Assembly: GCA_007125955.1 (NCBI GenBank)
Contig: SLCF01000027.1
Coordinates: forward strand, 5,493 to 69,492
Direction: 5' to 3'
DNA from: Bacteroidales bacterium
GTDB taxonomy: Bacteria; Bacteroidota; Bacteroidia; Bacteroidales; PUMT01
DNA length: 64,000 nt
Position numbers and translations under genes: made by a program. Numbering within the stretch: position 1 is the first letter of the stretch; every line of letters starts with the position of its first letter. The notes beneath the pieces are model-generated. The model worked only from the letters and a program-made list of their open reading frames with translations, was not told where the DNA came from and did not search any database. Below are positions 12,340 to 21,900 of the stretch, piece by piece.

Positions 12340-13329
12340 TTAAAATTCCTTTTCCGCTTCCAGTGTAAAAAGTGCGGGCGCCCCCCCCGTATGCCAGAAA
12401 AGGACCTTTTCTCCCGGTTTCACCCTCCCCTTTTCAACATAATCCAAAAGAGCGGCCATCGCTTTTCCGGTGTAGGTATGATCAATAAGTATTGCTTCCT
12501 CCCTTGCAAGCTTCCGGATGGCATTAATACATTCCCTTGTAGGAATACCGTAACCACTCCCTATGTATGAATCGTCCACTTCAACATCCTTTTTTAATTT
12601 AATGCTTCCCGGCTTAATATCCAAAAAACCTTCCATCTCCCTTATACATTTCCACACACTCTCTTTTACCTCAGATGAAGAAAGCCACGGGCTTATTCCG
12701 GTAATCAGTGAATTTGAATTCTCAAATATTGATCCTGCCATAATGCCTGCCAGAGTGCCCCCCGATCCGGCTGCCAGAAACTGATGGTCAAACTCTACAC
12801 CCTCTTTTCTCATCTGTACCGTAAGCTCTTTATATGCTTCAACATAGCCCATCGTTCCCAGTCCGTTTGATGCCCCGAACCCTACTATATAGGGCCTTGC
12901 ACCTTCATTCTCAAGCTCTTTTGAAACATCCTTCATTGCAGTTGCCAGTTCGGAAGGATGTGATATTTCAACAAACCTGGTTTCCACCCCCAGCAAGGAG
13001 GCAAGGAAAAAATTGCCTTTGGCTATATAAGGTTTCTCACCTGCAAGTACCATGACCGGACTTATCCCAAGCCTTACTGCAAGTGCAGCGGTTGTTTTGG
13101 CAAGATTGGACTGTATGCCCCCTGCAACAATAACCGTATCTGCTTTTTTATCAACAGCATCTGCCATGATATATTCCAGCTTCCTGATCTTGTTCCCGCA
13201 GGTAAGAATATCCCCTGTAAGATCATCCCTCTTGATCCATAAGTCAATATCCAGCAATTCACTCATCCTGTTCAGCCGGTGCAGCGGTGTCGGCTTTTGT
13301 GCGAGTTCAAGCGGTTTGTATTGTTTCAT
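12340..13329 (-). CDS. PLP-dependent D-cysteine desulfhydrase / ACC deaminase family protein
   Basis: 329 aa. The GNKIRKLEYIMADA motif, GGIQSNLAK and overall Trp-synthase-beta-like layout. Confidence 0.8.
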   Translation of the reverse strand: MKQYKPLELAQKPTPLHRLNRMSELLDIDLWIKRDDLTGDILTCGNKIRKLEYIMADAVDKKADTVIVAGGIQSNLAKTTAALAVRLGISPVMVLAGEKPYIAKGNFFLASLLGVETRFVEISHPSELATAMKDVSKELENEGARPYIVGFGASNGLGTMGYVEAYKELTVQMRKEGVEFDHQFLAAGSGGTLAGIMAGSIFENSNSLITGISPWLSSSEVKESVWKCIREMEGFLDIKPGSIKLKKDVEVDDSYIGSGYGIPTRECINAIRKLAREEAILIDHTYTGKAMAALLDYVEKGRVKPGEKVLFWHTGGAPALFTLEAEKEF

Positions 13330-13478
13330 CTATTGTATACCGGTTAATCTGTAGTTTGTAAAAGTAATAATAATAGATCTAATTGCGATGATAGCAGGCT
13401 GAATCCTTTTTTATAAAAAATACAATAAAACAGGAACAACAAAGTTTTATTTTTCTTGCAGAATGTTTAAATTACAAA

Positions 13479-13486
13479 TACTTTTG
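13479..13486 (+). promoter_or_regulatory. Bacteroidota-type -7 promoter box (TAnnTTTG)
   Basis: TACTTTTG ends 9 nt upstream of the HAD ATG at 13495, which implies a very short or absent leader. Confidence 0.4.
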
Positions 13487-13494
13487 CACAGAAT

Positions 13495-14325
13495 ATGACT
13501 CTACCGCAAGTAGTTATAACTGATCTTGACGGGACCCTGCTGAATGACTGCAAGAAGGTCAGCAAGGAAGATATTGAGACCCTTAATATGCTTGGTGAAA
13601 TGGGGGTTTGCAGGGTGATTGCAACCGGCAGGAGCCTTTACAGCCTGGGAAAAGTAGTGGATAACTCTTTCCCGGTCGATTATGTGATTTTTTCAACCGG
13701 TGCGGGGGTGATAGACTGGCAGTCGGGTGAGCTGCTCTATGCAGCACATTTAAAGGAAAAAGAGGTTAGTTTGGCTATCAGGACTTTTATTGATGAAAAA
13801 ATGAGTTTTATGGTTCACGACCTGGTACCGGATAATCACAGGTTTTTATTTTATGATGCAGAATGCGGCAATTCAGATTTCAAAAAAAGATGTAACATCT
13901 ACAGCGACTATGCTTTACCGCTCTCTATTGACCCCCCTAATTACAAAAATGCAAGCCAGTTGCTTGCCATAGTGCCCGAAAATCTGGAAGTCCTTGAAAA
14001 TATAAGAAGGAAACTTAGCAGCCTTCGTGTTGTAAGGGCTACCTCTCCGCTCGACAACTGCACCATGTGGATGGAAGTGCTTCCATCTGAAGTTTCCAAG
14101 GGACACACAGCAGAATGGTTGTTCAAAAGGCTCTTCAGAAACCACAATTGCAGTATTGCAGTTGGTAACGATTACAATGACCTTGACATGCTCAATTATG
14201 TTCAGCACCCCTTTGTTGTAAGCAATGCACCAGATGATCTGAAAAAGATCTACAGGGTTTCTGAAAGTAATAATAACTCAGGTTTTACATATGCTGTCAG
14301 GAAAATTATCATAAATGATGAATAA
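13495..14325 (+). CDS. HAD-IIB (Cof-type) phosphatase
   Basis: 276 aa. Motif I ITDLDGTLL, ATGRS, and motif IV GNDYNDLDML. Confidence 0.8.
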   Translation: MTLPQVVITDLDGTLLNDCKKVSKEDIETLNMLGEMGVCRVIATGRSLYSLGKVVDNSFPVDYVIFSTGAGVIDWQSGELLYAAHLKEKEVSLAIRTFIDEKMSFMVHDLVPDNHRFLFYDAECGNSDFKKRCNIYSDYALPLSIDPPNYKNASQLLAIVPENLEVLENIRRKLSSLRVVRATSPLDNCTMWMEVLPSEVSKGHTAEWLFKRLFRNHNCSIAVGNDYNDLDMLNYVQHPFVVSNAPDDLKKIYRVSESNNNSGFTYAVRKIIINDE

Positions 14326-14471
14326 TCGCGTTATTCAATATGTGCGCCTTGTTACCCGGGATGTAATCTGCAATGGTGTTTCTGCCTTTCTTAATAATCT
14401 TTTGTGAATTAAATAAATTTTGAAAATTAACTGAAATTGCAGAACTTTGCATCCCATTCAAACAATTAGTT

Positions 14472-15119
14472 ATGCCCTGGATCTGGAATACATTTATAAT
14501 TTTTTTTGCCTATATAATAGGATCTATTCCTAACTCTTTATGGATAGGGAGGCTTTTTTACAATACCGATGTCCGCAAACATGGCAGCAAAAATGCGGGA
14601 AGTACAAATACTATACGTCTCCTGGGATACAAAGCAGGGATACCCGTTTTGCTTCTTGATATACTCAAAGGCTGGGTAGCCGTTAAACTTATCTATCTTA
14701 CAGATTATCATATCCCTGTATCGGGCGATTACATAAATTTTCAGCTTTTACTGGGGCTTGCAGCAATCATGGGACATATATTCCCGGTATTTGCCAATTT
14801 CCGTGGAGGAAAAGGAGTTGCAACATTAATAGGTGTAATACTTGCAATTGACCCTTTATCAACACTTATATGCCTCGGGGTTTTCATGGTAACACTTCTG
14901 GCCACAAAATATGTTTCATTAAGTTCAATGATTGCCGGCCTGTCATTCCCGGTATTGGTAATAGTGGTTTTCAATACCACAACACCTTCCCTTGTTATTT
15001 TTTCCCTGATTGTTTTCGTTCTTCTTCTGTTCACCCATCAGAAAAATATCGAAAGATTACTCAGCAACGAGGAATCAAAGGCAAACTTTCTTTTCAGGCC
15101 AGGAAGGAAGGATGGTTAG
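14472..15119 (+). CDS. plsY: glycerol-3-phosphate acyltransferase PlsY
   Basis: 215 aa, polytopic. GSIPNSLWIGR, HGSKNAGSTN and FRGGKGVAT motifs. Confidence 0.9.
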   Translation: MPWIWNTFIIFFAYIIGSIPNSLWIGRLFYNTDVRKHGSKNAGSTNTIRLLGYKAGIPVLLLDILKGWVAVKLIYLTDYHIPVSGDYINFQLLLGLAAIMGHIFPVFANFRGGKGVATLIGVILAIDPLSTLICLGVFMVTLLATKYVSLSSMIAGLSFPVLVIVVFNTTTPSLVIFSLIVFVLLLFTHQKNIERLLSNEESKANFLFRPGRKDG

Positions 15120-15122
15120 TAG

Positions 15123-15929
15123 TCAACTGATCAGCCCTTTATAAGGATCGTCAACAAATTCGTCTTCAAGGATCTCCTTTAGTCTGGAGAGAGTTATGTT
15201 CAGTCTTAGGTTACCGGTATCTGCTATTGAAAGTTCACCCCTCTCTTCCGATACAACTATTACCAGGGCATCTGTCTGCTCCGACATGCCCAGTGCTGCA
15301 CGATGACGCATCCCGCATTCAGCAGGCAGGTTGATGCTGTCTGATACAGGAAGTATGCACCTGGCTGCCTTTACCTTCTCGTCAATTATTATTACAGCAC
15401 CGTCATGCAAAGGACTTTCCCTGCAAAATATACTTTCCAGTAACCTGCTGGAAGTTTCTGCATCAAGGATGTCACCTGTCTGAAGATATGGAATCAATTC
15501 GGATTTTCTGGATACAACGATTAGTGCTCCGGTATGGGTTTCAGAAAATGTTTTGCATGCTTTCAGTATCGACTGAATTCTGAGTCTTGGAGCAGACTCC
15601 TTTGCGAAGGAAAAGATCTTTTCGAGAGAGAACCCGAAGTTTGTAAGGTAACGTGTTCCGATAAATACCAAAAAGCGTCTTATTTCCTGCTGGAAAACTA
15701 TTATAAGGGCAATAACGCCAACACCGATAAACTGGCCGAGGATTGATGAGAGAAGTTCCATGTTGAGGGCGCGTACAAGCAGCCATAAAAAATATATTGA
15801 AAATATTCCAGCAAAAATGGTTATGGCTATAGTCCCCTTTATCAGCCGGTAAACCCAGTAAAAAAGAGCGGCTGTAAGTATTATATCAAAAACATCCAGG
15901 ATTCTTATTGAAATGAAAGCAGATATCAT
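15123..15929 (-). CDS. cdaA: diadenylate cyclase CdaA (c-di-AMP synthase)
   Basis: 268 aa. Three N-terminal TM helices followed by a DAC domain with DGAVII, GMRHRAALG and VVSEERGELS. Confidence 0.9.
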   Translation of the reverse strand: MISAFISIRILDVFDIILTAALFYWVYRLIKGTIAITIFAGIFSIYFLWLLVRALNMELLSSILGQFIGVGVIALIIVFQQEIRRFLVFIGTRYLTNFGFSLEKIFSFAKESAPRLRIQSILKACKTFSETHTGALIVVSRKSELIPYLQTGDILDAETSSRLLESIFCRESPLHDGAVIIIDEKVKAARCILPVSDSINLPAECGMRHRAALGMSEQTDALVIVVSEERGELSIADTGNLRLNITLSRLKEILEDEFVDDPYKGLIS

Positions 15930-15954
15930 ATTACGGCTATTATATATTCATTAC

Positions 15955-16809
15955 TCATTCTTCTCCTCGCATTGCTTTATATACACTTACTGTTTCAACA
16001 GCCTCCTTTACATCATGAACCCTGAGAATATCGGCTCCTTTAATCAGAGCAATTGTATTGAATGCTATTGTCCCGGCAAGTGCATCTTCCGGTGGCAATC
16101 CAAGCAATTTGTAAACCATTGATTTTCTGGAAAACCCTGTCAGAACTGGCAGATCAAAAAAGTTAAAAACATCCAGATCTTTAACCAGTCTGTAATTATG
16201 TTCAGGAGATTTCCCGAAACCAAACCCGGGGTCAATAATTACATCGCATACGCCAAGCTTCTTTAACCCTGCTGTCTTTTCGGAAAAGAAGTGTATTACA
16301 TCATTTGTAACATCATCATAAACCGGATTGAGATGCATATTTTCCGGTCTGCCCTGCATGTGCATTATTACATACACCACCCCAATTGATGCAATTGTTT
16401 CAAACATTCTGCCGTCAATAGTACCGGAAGATATATCATTTATAATCTCAACCCCGTAATTTTCCGCTACATTCCTTGCAACTTCAGAATTGTAGGTATC
16501 AACGGAAACAATTGATTCAGGGTGTCTTTTCCTAATAATATCCAGTGCCGGTTCTAGCCGTTCCAATTCCTCATCCGGAGGAATCAGTTTTGCTCCCGGC
16601 CGGGATGATGCTGCGCCAACATCAATAAAATCAGCCCCCGATGAAACAATCTCTTCAACCCTCCTTTCAATTGCATCATTTGTTATATAACGCCCTCCGT
16701 CATAAAAAGAATCGGGTGTGACATTAAGAATTCCCATAACTTTGGGGTCAGAGAAGTCAACAATTTTGCCGCCGCAGTTAAGAGTTTTCTTTTTATTTAA
16801 AATTTCCAT
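15955..16809 (-). CDS. folP: dihydropteroate synthase
   Basis: GILNVTPDSFYDGGRY, IDVGAASSRPGA and DPGFGFGK motifs. The ORF-track start at 16815 is GTG, so I prefer ATG at 16809 (MEILNKKK). Confidence 0.92.
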   Translation of the reverse strand: MEILNKKKTLNCGGKIVDFSDPKVMGILNVTPDSFYDGGRYITNDAIERRVEEIVSSGADFIDVGAASSRPGAKLIPPDEELERLEPALDIIRKRHPESIVSVDTYNSEVARNVAENYGVEIINDISSGTIDGRMFETIASIGVVYVIMHMQGRPENMHLNPVYDDVTNDVIHFFSEKTAGLKKLGVCDVIIDPGFGFGKSPEHNYRLVKDLDVFNFFDLPVLTGFSRKSMVYKLLGLPPEDALAGTIAFNTIALIKGADILRVHDVKEAVETVSVYKAMRGEE

Positions 16810-16828
16810 AATCACACAATAAGAATCA

Positions 16829-16836
16829 CAAATGTA
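16829..16836 (-). promoter_or_regulatory. Bacteroidota-type -7 promoter box for folP-cdaA
   Basis: The plus strand reads CAAATGTA, which is TACATTTG on the coding strand. It lies 20 nt upstream of the folP ATG at 16809 and overlaps the first bases of repeat copy 1. Confidence 0.45.
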
Positions 16837-16922
16837 AATAAAATATTTTCATCAGAAATTATGCACAGCCTGAGGAAAAAATTTTATTGGAAAGCGAAGC
16901 GATTCATTCTGTAAGACTGAAT
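16830..16922. repeat. direct repeat copy 1 (93 bp) in the folP-tmk intergenic region
   Basis: Identical to 16963-17054 except AAAAAA versus AGAAA after GAGG. The period is 133 bp. Confidence 0.95.
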
Positions 16923-16956
16923 TTTGTAAATTTTTAATACAAAATTCAGGCTTTTT
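16917..16956 (+). terminator. terminator-like AT-rich hairpin between the two repeat copies
   Basis: 12-bp perfect stem CTGAATTTTGTA / TACAAAATTCAG, 9-nt loop, then G C TTTTT. The 5' arm is the end of repeat copy 1. No annotated + strand gene lies upstream of it. Confidence 0.35.
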
Positions 16957-16962
16957 CAGGAT

Positions 16963-17054
16963 AAATGTAAATAAAATATTTTCATCAGAAATTATGCACA
17001 GCCTGAGGAGAAATTTTATTGGAAAGCGAAGCGATTCATTCTGTAAGACTGAAT
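16963..17054. repeat. direct repeat copy 2 (92 bp)
   Basis: See copy 1; aligned by eye base by base. Confidence 0.95.
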
Positions 17055-17202
17055 ATTACTGGCAACCATAATAAAAAAAATATTATTATAGAGATAAAAT
17101 ACTAAAATTAAGATAAATTTACGGGAGAGAATGAACATATGCGTCATTAAACCTGATTTCGTTGTGCGGAAAAATATAGCGGATCAGTTAAATAAAAGTA
17201 AT

Positions 17203-17889
17203 ATGAGTTTTGTAGTTATTGAAGGTTTGGACGGTTCAGGCAAATCAACCCAGTTGAACAATCTTTGCAGTTATCTTGACGGGCAAAATATCAACTACCG
17301 TTACATCCATTTTCCACGAATAGACTCTTCCCTTTTCGGATCCCTTATAGCTATGTTCCTGCGAGGTGACCTCGGATCGATAGATACTGTTAATCCCTAT
17401 CTGGCTGCACTTCTTTATGCAGGCAACAGGAATGATGCAAAAAAAGAGATCTCAGGGTGGCTTTCAGACAAATACCTTGTGATAGCTGACAGATATGTTT
17501 ATTCCAATATTGCATACCAGTGTTCAAAATTGACCGGCAATGAGGAAAAAAAACAACTGAAGAGCTGGATACTTCATCTGGAATATGAGCATTACGGGAT
17601 ACCGCGCCCCGATATCAATATTTTCCTGGATGTGCCGATGGGTTTTACAAGGAAGAATCTTGAAAATTCAAGAACCGGAAATGACAGGGAGTATCTGGGG
17701 GGAAAAGAAGATATACATGAAAAAAGCATTCCCTTCCAGGAAAAGGTAAGACGTGAATACCTTGATCAGGATGAAATTGAACACGATATTAAGGTACTGA
17801 ATTGCTATGACAAGCAAAAAAAGATACTGAAAACGGATGAAATTACCAAAAAGCTTATATCACTGTTAAGGGAAAGAAATATAATTTGA
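17203..17889 (+). CDS. tmk: thymidylate kinase (dTMP kinase)
   Basis: P-loop VVIEGLDGSGKSTQ lies at the very N-terminus if ATG 17203 is used; the upstream ATG 17131 would add 24 aa. ADRYVYSNIAYQ lid region is present. Confidence 0.8.
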   Translation: MSFVVIEGLDGSGKSTQLNNLCSYLDGQNINYRYIHFPRIDSSLFGSLIAMFLRGDLGSIDTVNPYLAALLYAGNRNDAKKEISGWLSDKYLVIADRYVYSNIAYQCSKLTGNEEKKQLKSWILHLEYEHYGIPRPDINIFLDVPMGFTRKNLENSRTGNDREYLGGKEDIHEKSIPFQEKVRREYLDQDEIEHDIKVLNCYDKQKKILKTDEITKKLISLLRERNII

Positions 17890-17961
17890 TAATTTTCTTA
17901 TTAACAAACACAATAAGTGATCTGTCAGTCATCTATATTTTGTTATCACTTCTATTTATAA

Positions 17962-17969
17962 TAAATTTG
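17962..17969 (+). promoter_or_regulatory. possible -7 box upstream of tpiA
   Basis: TAAATTTG lies 119 nt upstream of ATG 18088, which would give a long leader. Confidence 0.3.
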
Positions 17970-18064
17970 TTTTGTGATCAAATGGAGCAAAAAACGATCC
18001 GACTGATAACCTTCAGAAGATTTGAACAGTTACTGAAGATAATGCAACAGAAAAATAAGTTCAC

Positions 18065-18079
18065 TGTTTTTCAAAAACA
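18065..18079. promoter_or_regulatory. perfect 15-bp palindrome just upstream of tpiA
   Basis: TGTTTTT-C-AAAAACA ends 9 nt before ATG 18088. It is too tight for an RNA hairpin, so it is an operator-like DNA dyad or a chance A/T symmetry. Confidence 0.25.
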
Positions 18080-18087
18080 AACTGTAT

Positions 18088-18843
18088 ATGAGAAGAAAAA
18101 TAGTAGCAGGCAACTGGAAACTTAATACCACGCTCACGGAAGGTATGGATCTGGCCCGATCAGTAATCGATCTGTTAAAAAAGGGGGGGGGCGGAAATGT
18201 CAGTGTTATCATAGCCCCGCCTTTTACACATCTTACTGAGATTAAAAAGATTATTGGCGATGAGATAGGGCTTGCAGCTCAAAACTGTGCCGCTGAAAAG
18301 TCAGGCGCATTTACAGGAGAAGTTTCCGCTGAGATGATAAGGTCAGCCGGGGCAGGATATGTTATTACAGGACACTCCGAACGGCGTCATTACTTTAATG
18401 AAAGCGATAAGGACGTTGCTTCCAAAGTAAGGAATGCCATTGAAAGCGGGCTTCAGCCGCTCTTCTGCTGCGGGGAAAAACTCCATGAACGGGAAAGGTC
18501 AATTTATACTGAAGTTATAAAAAAGCAGATACAACTGGGACTTTTTGATCTGCCAAAAGATGATTTCAGTAAAGTGATAATTGCATATGAGCCTGTCTGG
18601 GCTATAGGGACGGGAAAAAATGCAACCCCGGAGCAGGCCCAGGAAATTCATCAGTATATAAGGCACCTGGTCGAGGAGAAATATGACCGGAATGTTGCAA
18701 ATAATTTAACAATTCTGTACGGAGGAAGTTGCAAGCCATCAAATGCAGGGGAGCTTTTCTCTAACAACGATATTGATGGCGGTCTAATAGGAGGAGCGTC
18801 ACTTTCTGCTGAAGATTTTTACAGTATAATAAACTCTTTTTAA
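18088..18843 (+). CDS. tpiA: triosephosphate isomerase
   Basis: 251 aa. AGNWKLN, ITGHSERR, IAYEPVWAIGTG and GGASL motifs. Confidence 0.95.
   Translation: MRRKIVAGNWKLNTTLTEGMDLARSVIDLLKKGGGGNVSVIIAPPFTHLTEIKKIIGDEIGLAAQNCAAEKSGAFTGEVSAEMIRSAGAGYVITGHSERRHYFNESDKDVASKVRNAIESGLQPLFCCGEKLHERERSIYTEVIKKQIQLGLFDLPKDDFSKVIIAYEPVWAIGTGKNATPEQAQEIHQYIRHLVEEKYDRNVANNLTILYGGSCKPSNAGELFSNNDIDGGLIGGASLSAEDFYSIINSF
18183..18191. repeat. G9 homopolymer inside tpiA
   Basis: Counted directly. It encodes part of KKGGGGN (aaa aag ggg ggg ggc gga aat). Confidence 0.95.
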
Positions 18844-18985
18844 ACTGAACCGATTTTAAATGCTTCGGAAAATACCGGTCTTCCGGAATTGTTATTAAAG
18901 TAAGCTTTAAGGGTTTTGTTTAACTTTTTCCCGGCATTTCCGTATAATATGTTCATGTATTTAGCAATCAATATGTTATGCCGGA

Positions 18986-21900
18986 ATGAAGTTTAGCCTT
19001 ATTTTCTCGCATCAAGGGAATATACATTTTTTAGTAATATTTTGCATTCTTTTGCTTTCAATGGCCCGGTTTGAGTCAAAATCGCAGGGATTAAGAGCTT
19101 TTTCCGGAGATACTGAAGCTTTTCCCGGGGAACTTACAGTTTTTATGGGCTCCAACCTGGACGATAGTCAGATAGAAGTAATTGCTCTTTTTGAAGCAAA
19201 CTGGAATTCCGGTAATTTCAATACAAAAGAAAAGGAGAGGATCATAAATATTGCTGATCTTCTTGTAAATCAAAATGCAAGGCCGGTTCCACATTTCCTT
19301 AACCTGATCCGGCTGCTGAACCTGTTTTCAGAAAAAGATCCCGTAAAGAGACATTTTCCGGTTTGGCTGGAGGCTTTCAGTTACTACGCGGACAACAACA
19401 GATACAGGTTGTCTTTATTAAATGAATCACTTGAACGGGTTTACCATTTTTTGAATGACGATGCTATATACAAATCCTCGGCAGTTGAATGGCAAGCAGT
19501 TAACGGCAATGTCCGGTTCATATTTGAAGCTTCACTGACCATAATCATTGACAATGCCGATCTGATATGTTATTCGGGTAACGACAGCATAGTTATAAAC
19601 AACACTTCAGGAAAATTTTCAATTGATGAAATGCAGTGGAAAGGGAGGAACGGGTCAGTAGGATGGGAAAGGGCGGGGTATGAACTCCATGAAATTAACG
19701 CAGTACTTGACAACTACACCATTGACCTTAACAACAACCAATACAGTGCGGATTCGGTTATTTTCACCTATGGCGAATATTTCAGGGAAAAGCTCAGGGG
19801 AAGTTTAACCGACCGGGTTACAAGGGTCACAGAAAGCAGTGAAACTTCATACCCGCGTTTCAATTCTTACAGGCACGACCTCTCTCTAGACAATATATTC
19901 CCCGGGATCAATTACAAAGGGGGTATTTCCATGAGAGGCAAAAACCTTATTGGTTCAGGCAGTGAAGATTCTAAAGCACACATTACGATCATGCGTAACG
20001 GAGAAACTTTTTTCACAGCTCTTTCAGAACACTTCCTTTTCTCCCGTGAGGAATTTTCCGCAAACAGTTCAACAGTTACTTTTCATCTGAAAGGGGACTC
20101 AATCTACCACCCTGACCTCCGTTTAAATTACAGGAATAATCCCGGAGAACTCACTCTTAACAGGAATGACAATGTAATGTCAGGCAGTCCTTACACCAAC
20201 ACATATCATGAAGTGAACATGAATTTCGGACAACTCATCTGGCAGATGAATGAGGATGTCATCCACTTCACCATGCCAAGAGGCAGTTCAACCGGAAGTG
20301 CCAATTTCGAGTCTTTCAGTTTTTTTAACAATGCCCGTTTCCGGGAAATACAAGGCAGGGATGAAGTTCATCCGCTTCTGTCAGTCAGACGGTTTGCTTC
20401 AGCCAACGAAGAGAGGGAACTCACGGCAAAAGAATATGCCTCTTTTATGAGAAGACCGGTGAGCAGCATAAGACACCAGCTAATAAGCCTTGCAATTGAA
20501 GGATTTATCTATTATGATACCGGTTCCGATATATTTACAGTAAGGAAAAAGCTGAATGATTACCTGATGGCCAGTCACAACCTTATAGATTTCGATGTAA
20601 TTAATTTCGAATCAAAAACTGATGCACCCAGGGAAAACGGGGTACTTGACCTTAATACACTTGAGCTGAAAATCAACGGAATACCACAGGTGCACATAAG
20701 TAACGTTCAGAACGTCAATATCTATCCGGAAGATAACAGCGTGATTTTGAAAGAGAACAGGAATTTTCAGTTTGGAGGCAGAGTAAATGCAGGCTATCTT
20801 ACATTTTTCGGCAACAACTTTTCATTTGATTATGACAAATTCAGCATCAACCTCCGTAAAATCGATTCTATAAGTATCAGGGCAGCCCGGGATGAATATG
20901 ATATGTACGGCAGGGCGCTTGCGGAGAATGTGAAAAACCTCATACAAAACGTTACAGGTATTATTTATGTTGACGAACCCACCAACAAGTCAGGTAACAA
21001 CGAATATGAAGATTTCCCGAAATTCCACAGCACCGAAAATTCCTTTGTGTTTTATGATGACCCGGAAACTTACGGAGGTGTTTATGACAAGGCAGACGTC
21101 TACTTCCAGCTCTATCCGTTCAGAATGGATAGCCTGAATACATTCAGGTTTGAATATGTTGAACTGGAGGGGAAATTCGTTTCATCGGGAATATTTCCGG
21201 AGTTTGAAGAGACGCTCACTCTTCAGGACGACCTTTCAATTGGTTTTACCCATATTGCGGAGGAAGAGGGATTGCCGGTTTACGACGGTAAAGGAAGGTT
21301 TTACGATATGATTACAATGAGCAACAGCGGACTTAAAGGTGACGGGGTTATAGAATATCTTGCTTCAAAGATCTATTCTGAAGATATCGGGTTTTTCCCC
21401 GATTCTATGAATGCAGCCGCCAATGAATTCTTAATTGAAAGAAGCGGCGGATCTTCAGATTATCCGATGGTATCGTCAAAAAACAATTTAGTGCAATGGC
21501 TGCCCTACCAGGATGAACTATACGTAAGGCAAGTAGAAAACCCTTTTACAATTCTTGACAATGAAACACACCTTAAAGGGGAACTTCTTCTTTCTTCCTC
21601 GGAATTAACTGGCGAAGGTATACTTGAAACCAGGAACTCTGCATTTGAATCTTCACTTTTCAGGTTCGGGCCGGATTCATTTGAATCTGATACAACTGAT
21701 TTCATTCTGTATAATAAGCAGGGAGAGAAGGCTGTTTTTGAATCAACCGGAATTTTGGCAAAAGTTGAAACAGACCGGCTCCGGGGGGAGTTCAGGGTTA
21801 ACAACGATGAACCGGTAATCTTCCCTGTGAATCGTTATAAAGCCTTTCCGGAAGAAATCTTATGGGATATTGATGCAATGGAGCTGCAACTGTTATCTAA

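Noticed and set aside
16861-16914. 17-codon ATG mini-ORF (MHSLRKKFYWKAKRFIL) in repeat copy 1, considered as a leader peptide
   Set aside because: The otherwise identical copy 2 carries a 1-nt indel that changes the frame after codon 5, so the duplication conserves nucleotides rather than a peptide. It is kept only as a remark in the repeat finding.
17886-18212. 79-aa plus and 60-aa minus ORFs bridging tmk and tpiA
   Set aside because: They overlap the tpiA start, lie in AT-rich spacer sequence and match no recognisable family. They are most likely non-coding.
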